Origin: the human T2T-CHM13v2.0 reference genome, Homo sapiens
DNA: 64,000 bases
Reading direction: 5' to 3' (one strand)
Assembly (NCBI RefSeq): GCF_009914755.1
Contig: NC_060930.1
A model generated the notes under the pieces. The model had not been told where the DNA came from. It saw only the letters and a program-made list of their open reading frames with translations, and did not search any database. Made by a program: the position numbers and the translations under genes. Shown one piece after another: positions 57,255 through 64,000 of this stretch (position 1 is its first letter; each line of letters opens with the position of its first letter).

Positions 57255-60200
57255 GATTAAACAGAAGGCCAAGGTCAAGAGACTCTGCGGTGCTGGTTTA
57301 AAAAACAACAACAACAACAAAAAACAAGTGACTCAGAGTCATTTTTCTACTTCCCACTTCCTCATTTCTACTTCACCAGTGATTCTAAACTAAGTGTGAG
57401 CCCCAGGCTGGCCTGGCTCTGTGAAGGTAGCAATCCGTCATGATGCAGACAGGCTCTGGCAGGAATTCCAGACGACCCCACTGGGGACCTTGCAGAACAG
57501 AAGCTGTTTCCGTGGAGCAAGGATCCCCACTGGAGACTTCAGTGTCTCTCCCTGTCTCCAGGCACTTCCTGGCATTTCCACTGGCTCTCACCAATCCTCT
57601 CCCTAGGACCAGATCTTCCTCATCTGCACCTCCATTACCCTCCTCCTCTGCCTCAGACACAGTGTTTGTCAAGCTCATCCTGGTGTTTAGCTCCTTTCCA
57701 GAAAGAGCTTCGAGTGAGTTATTGATGCAGTCAATACACTGACCTCGAGTTCACAGCTGGTCCAGGAGGTTAAAATGCTGAAGTAAGTAGAACACACTGT
57801 GATGAGTTTGTTAAGAAATTTGATTCTCAGTTTCCAGGATAAACTGTTTTCTTTACCATGTCACCACTTCAGTCTTGTTATTGTGCTGTTGAATAGGGCA
57901 GGACCAACAAATGACAAGAATCCAATGGCCTTTGAAGGTCATCCTGTGCAGCCTCCTGCCTTCGAGCAAGGATGGTACCTGAAATAATAATCCCTGTGGG
58001 AAGAGTTCAGAAGGAAGACATAAGGCCTTAGCTGCATGGAATTATGATGACTGAGAAGTATTTTGTTTAAAGCTTAGAGTCAATGCAAATGTTTTCTTGT
58101 TTTAGAAAATTCTTAGAGAAAGGATAATTATTTCCCACACGAATTGAGCTATGTCGTGTCTCACTCATCTCAGACCCAGCCCATTGTGAGTCCATAATAC
58201 TTGTTGGATAAACATTTGTTGAACTGAAATGAGTGGATCCAAGGGTGAGACATTAGCAAATATGAGTCATCCCTGAATGATATGAAGTGAAAATTAGAAG
58301 AAATTCAGGTGCTTCTAATAGGATACCGAATATGAACACTTGGAGACTCACTCCTATGCGGACTCCTTTAGTCTTCCTGCATAATACACTTTTTAAAAAC
58401 ACAAGGTCCAGAACTATTTTTAAAAGAAAGCTTTGGGTCGAAATGTTTTCAATGCACAGACATCTAGAGGAGAAAATAGCAATCACCCACATTCCCACCA
58501 TGCAGAATTAAGTACTATTAACATTTTGGAATATTTGCTTCCAACCTTTTTAGTTAGTACTCTATTTTTAAAACCTTTACTAGTGCAATTATGTGCTGAA
58601 AAATATGAATGTATCTGTGCATGTGCATATGTGTGTATACTATGAACTCACATGTCTCTGCTCACACATCTGTGACCTCTTGCTTGCTCTTCCCCAGGGT
58701 TTCTGCACTGGTAGGTGCTATATTGCACACTGCTATGGCAATAGTGGAATAATGAAGCCATGATTTTACATATCAGTGTACAGATGCATAATCCGAATTA
58801 TACATTTTTAAAGTATAAAAGCTATAAGGAATGCACACACACAGTAAAAAAAAAAAAAATTCTAACCCGACTCCCTGGCCTTCAGTCTTTCAATTTTTCT
58901 CTCCAGGGGCAACCAGCATTGCCAGTTCCTTGCAAATGTTTCCAGAAATATCATTTGCATATACAAACATGTATTCTCTATTTTCCTACACAGATGGTAG
59001 CATACGATGTATACTGTTTTGTACCTTAGCATAGGGTTTTGGAAATTTTGCAAATGCTTCTTAACAGTAAGCTTTCTGAATGTGCAAATTAGCAATCAAG
59101 GCCTTCCTTTTTTCCTTAGTCTCAGACAATGAACTCGGTGGTCAAAAAAATGTCCTCCACTTGCCGGACAGGTGCCTTCAAATCACAAATTCCCACATCA
59201 TGGTTAGATGGTGTATTCTTGCCCACTCCTGTTGAACTTACTTATTTAAACATCCACAAGAAAATCCTGTATATTTTTGGTAGCTAAAGCAAAATCCTGC
59301 AGAACACAACAAAACCAAACAGAGGGAAATTTGGGGCTCAGCTTAAAATACAGCTGGGCAAGCCTACACTTAGTTGCTGGAATAACAACCAGCTGGGAGG
59401 ACTAAATTTAGCTTGGAGCCTTAAACACGGTCAGCCCTAATGCCCACAACCCCCCCACAGAGGACTTGGGCCCCGTCTCCCAAGTTGGGAGACAAGAAGA
59501 AACAACAATGTTGGCCTAAAAGGCTGACTTTGCAAAAACCACCTAGTCAATCTGCTGTGATTTAATAGGCTGTGAAAGGTTTGATTTACAGGCAGTCAAT
59601 AGGCAAGCAGCATGATTTGTTGTTAGGGGTATAGAGAGCACAAGGACTAGGATGATGCCAGACAGTGAAAGCGGTTAATTAAAATTGTAATATTATTTGA
59701 AAACAATTTTTAAAAAAGAATAGAACAAATTGGAACTAGAAGTGGGTCCCACTCTCAGGGCTGGCTTGCAGGGAAATGAAAGGCAAGTAGGACCGGTCTC
59801 CCACATGGAGCCTTCATGGGACCCCCTTACCCATGCATCACCCCCTTCTCCAGGGGAGGGCTGCAAAGGACAGAGACCCCCAAACACAGGCTCATGTCTT
59901 GATATTACGACTTGGTTAGCCTCAGTTTCCTGGTTTGGTCAAGTAAGGTGGTTGGACTAGATGCGCTCTGAGCCCCAACCCTCCAGGTCTGCAGTTTTCA
60001 TTTTCTTATGTCTCCTACAACTGCCTGGAGCCCCTTGGTTCTTTGAGGCTCCTCCTACAACCTGGGGGTGCTTTACACCCCACCCGTAGCCCTCTCCAAA
60101 CCCAAGTGGTGGTCTTGGTGCCTCAGGGTGAGACCACGCGTTGACAATATGTTAATAACTTGGTAAGGGAGGAACACGAGGGAGCTGGGAGTGTCTGGCA

Positions 60201-61163
60201 TCTCCCCTGAGCCTGAAGGTGGCACCGTGGAAAGCCTGACAACCCACACAGCATCACAGGCATCATCTGGGCTCCGTCAGAGAGGCCTGGGACGTAGTTT
60301 ACTGAAAATAAACAGGACGAGGATGCCCCATTTAGCCCAGGTGGTACCCGGGGAATAGCGGGACTTCTGACTGACCATGCTCACATGTGTGAAGAAAATG
60401 TCTACTGGGGTTCTCATGAGTCCCCCACCCACTGGGTAGCAACAGAAATAAACTAGACTGAGTCCAAGCAGTTCCAGACTTGGATGCCATGATTTAAATA
60501 CTGTGCCTGTAGGGTGACTTTGGTTTCCACCGTTGAATTGTTGTCTTCCAGATTCTTGTCCTGCCCCTGCTCCTTTCTTAGAAGGTATTTGTGTGGGGTG
60601 TGATGAGCAGGCTTTCAGGATGTCATGGCAGGCCTGTGTGTGAGAACACTCTTGGTGACCCCCATGCTGTGTGTGGGCTGGTTTGGTGTGCTACTAGTCT
60701 CAGCTGTCTGCAAACTCTTGCTGTGGTCTTTCTCAGCCCACTGGCCCTCCCTGCGGATACGGCCTCCCCTTGCTTCACTCTGTCATCACAGACATTTCTG
60801 AGTCCCTGTCACACTGTCCTTCTGGGTCCTGGCCCAGGCTGCCACCCACAGTGTGGGCTGTAGGGTTATTTTGCTCCCAGCCACATTAGGGCCCTGGCAA
60901 ATCTCCAGGCTTATGGGAGAAAATGTGTTCAAGAGTACACACTAGACCCCTCTCTGCCCTCCTAGCAATGCAAGGCTGCCTATCTTGACCTTCACAGCAG
61001 TCCCCACCAAGATCCCAGATGGGAAATGGGGCACAGCCCTGCCACTCTCGATGTTTCCTTCAACCTAATCTAAATGTCTCCTCCTTCAGGCCTAGACCAG
61101 AGAGTGGTGAGCAGGCCCCAGAGCTGACTGACAGAGCACCTTTCACTGCCCAGCGCTATTTAG

Positions 61164-61562
<399 letters not shown>

Positions 61563-62211
61563 ATGCAATTTCTGTGCTCGGCCATGCAATTTCCATCTTG
61601 TAAAAATTTCCATGATCTAATACTTCACCACACAGAGCCTTTAATACGTTACACAAGAACTAATTTTTTAGAAAACCTTTTTTTTTTTTTTAAATTGAAG
61701 GCCCAACTTTCAAGGTTGCTGTTTTGCTTCAAATCTTATTTTAGATACCAGAAGCTGAATATTAACTTTTTTTCTGTTTGCATTATTTCTGAAATAATCT
61801 TAATCCTCTGCTCCAGTAAGACCAGCGAGAAGGTCATGAGCTCATAAAAAGCAAACAAAAAGTAATGCCTGGTAATAATTTTCAAAATAGTATTCTGCAT
61901 TAAATTTTTGTATACTTATTTAATCAATGTCTCCCTCATTGAAAAGCATATTACCTGAGGTGGGGATGGAGGGACAACACTTTAATAAATTGGTCTCATA
62001 AATTGGGGCCCTAAGGAACATAGGACAGCAAAGTGTTGACAAGGGAAAATTCCAGGGCAGAGGCGTGACGGGGAGAGGGCGCAGGTCTAGCAGCTGACAA
62101 GACACTTAGATTTATCCATCCAGGAGTCCAAAACTCGCATAGGGTCTGAGTCTATCAATATGAGGGTTTAAGTAGAACACTAGTTAATTTGCCATGTATA
62201 GTCTCCTGAAA

Positions 62212-62398
62212 CAGTGCTTCCCAGCTCCTAGCTGCATCAGAATCACCTGGAAGGCTTGCTGAAACCGACCAGGCCTGACTCCCCCAGTCTCTGATTCAGT
62301 AAGTCTCGGGTGAGACCTGAGGATCCGCATCTGTTACAAACTCCCAGGTGCCCATGATGATTGATGTTGGCCTTTCCACCACTGTTTGAGTGACACTG
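62212..62398. mobile_element. MER5A
   Basis: ctgcatcagaatcacctggaaggcttgctgaaac...tctgattcagtaagtct...tttgagtgacactg. Confidence 0.85.
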
Positions 62399-62630
62399 TC
62401 CCCAAGAAAATGGCACGGGGACCAAGATAGAGACTACAAATGACCGCTAGGATCAGCGGCAAACTGTATGACTTGCTTTAAGATTTTGTTCTGACAATTC
62501 TAGGCAGTCGTTCGATTCAAACACATTGTAAAGAAAAATAAGACCAGATCTAGGAGGTGATTTCCACACCTCTAGAAAGAAGGAAAATCATCATGCTAGA
62601 GCGTCTGAGTAAGCTCCAGGTCAAGGATTT

Positions 62631-62850
<220 letters not shown>

Positions 62851-63470
62851 TGAGCTGCCCTTGGATGGGAGGAAAGGCAGGGCAGAAAGCCCCTTTCTTC
62901 ATCCTGACTAATCTCCAGTGAACTAAGGGGCACTTTTGGAAATATTTGCAGAGTGCCCGTGCTGTGGATAGGTCTCTGCCTGTGCCCTATGCATCGTGGA
63001 AGTGGCTGTGTGGCTGCCTCCCAGGCCCTGGGTGAGCGGGGGAGCGCCTGGAGGCCGTGCACACTGTGCTCAGGAGTGCAGGCTCCACACCCAGGCCACC
63101 CTTCAACCCCAGCTTTGGACTTGCCAATGCTGTGGCTTCAAGTGTGGGCCTTAACTGCTGCCCAATGAGAGAATAATATGCCCCTCATGGGGACAAATGC
63201 AGCGAGAGTCAATGGGACGTTTTCTATAAAGCAGTAGCTCCTGTTTTGAGGCAGGGAAGCTAGTGCATAGAGGAAAATGTTATTTCTGGCTAGCAAAGCA
63301 GGGTCTGTGGGATTGCATCCTAGCAATCCTCATCTTGACCTAGAACCTGCCCCTATGCAGCTCCCTGCACTGAGGTGTGCCAAGGTTTTGCTTTTTCTGA
63401 GTCTATTAATGTTTCCATGGTTGAAATACCACTCTCTGATTAGCTCAATAAGTCATTTTAAAAACAGCAA

Positions 63471-64000
63471 TTTTTTTTTATTATACTTTAAGTTTTAGGG
63501 TACATGTGCACAACGTGCAGGTTTGTTACATATGTATACATGTACCATGTTGGTGTGCTGCACCCATTAACTCGTCATTTAGCATTAGGAATATCTCCTA
63601 ATACTATCCCTCCCCCCTCCCCCCACCCCACAACAGTCCCTGGTGTGTGATGTTCCCCTTCCTGTGTCCAAATGTTCTCATTGTTCAATTCCCACCTATG
63701 AGTGAGAACATGCGGTGTTTGGTTTTTTTGTCCTTGCGATAGTTTGCTGAGAATGATGGTTTCCAGCTTCATCCATGTCCCTCATGAACTCATCCTTTTT
63801 AATGGCTGCATAGTATTCCATGGTGTATATGTGCCACATTTTCTTCATCCAGTCTATCATTGATGGACATTTGGGTTGGTTCCAAGTCTTTGCTATTGTG
63901 AATAGTGCCACAATAAACATACGTGTACATGTGTCTTTATAGCAGTATGATTTATAATCCTTTGGGTATATACCCAGTAATGGGATGGCTGGGTCAAATG
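63471..64000 (-). mobile_element. Young L1PA (L1PA3/4-like) 3' end, running off the window
   Basis: ttattatactttaagttttagggtacatgtgcacaacgtgcagg; ORF2 C-terminus MFIVALFTIAKTWNQPKCPSMIDW; small deletion near 63782. Confidence 0.96.

Overview
Primate (very probably human) repeat-rich, gene-poor DNA, with about 28 Alu/FLAM/FRAM copies plus L1PA/L1M, L2, L3, MIR, MaLR LTRs and DNA-transposon fossils. No intact protein-coding gene is supported, and almost all listed ORFs are repeat-derived or chance. The one clearly recognisable gene-derived feature is a full-length processed ZPR1 pseudogene on the minus strand (CDS 38408->37044, 3'UTR to ~36673, AATAAA, decayed poly(A), 8-bp TSD), inserted into an old L1M. 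From recall, not verifiable here, this fits ZPR1P1/ZNF259P1 on 6q21. The most unusual structure is a ~350-bp inverted DNA-level copy (38453-38804 = reverse complement of 42320-42677) lying 20 bp from the pseudogene's TSD. Several smaller template-switch-like scars lie within 34.9-42.7 kb. Weaker leads are a CpG-retaining, coding-like unique segment at 15.56-16.2 kb, candidate small exons, and two repeat-poor CpG-enriched candidate regulatory blocks (~33.6-33.9 kb and ~49.4-50.9 kb). Repeat subfamily calls and many boundaries are by eye and approximate.
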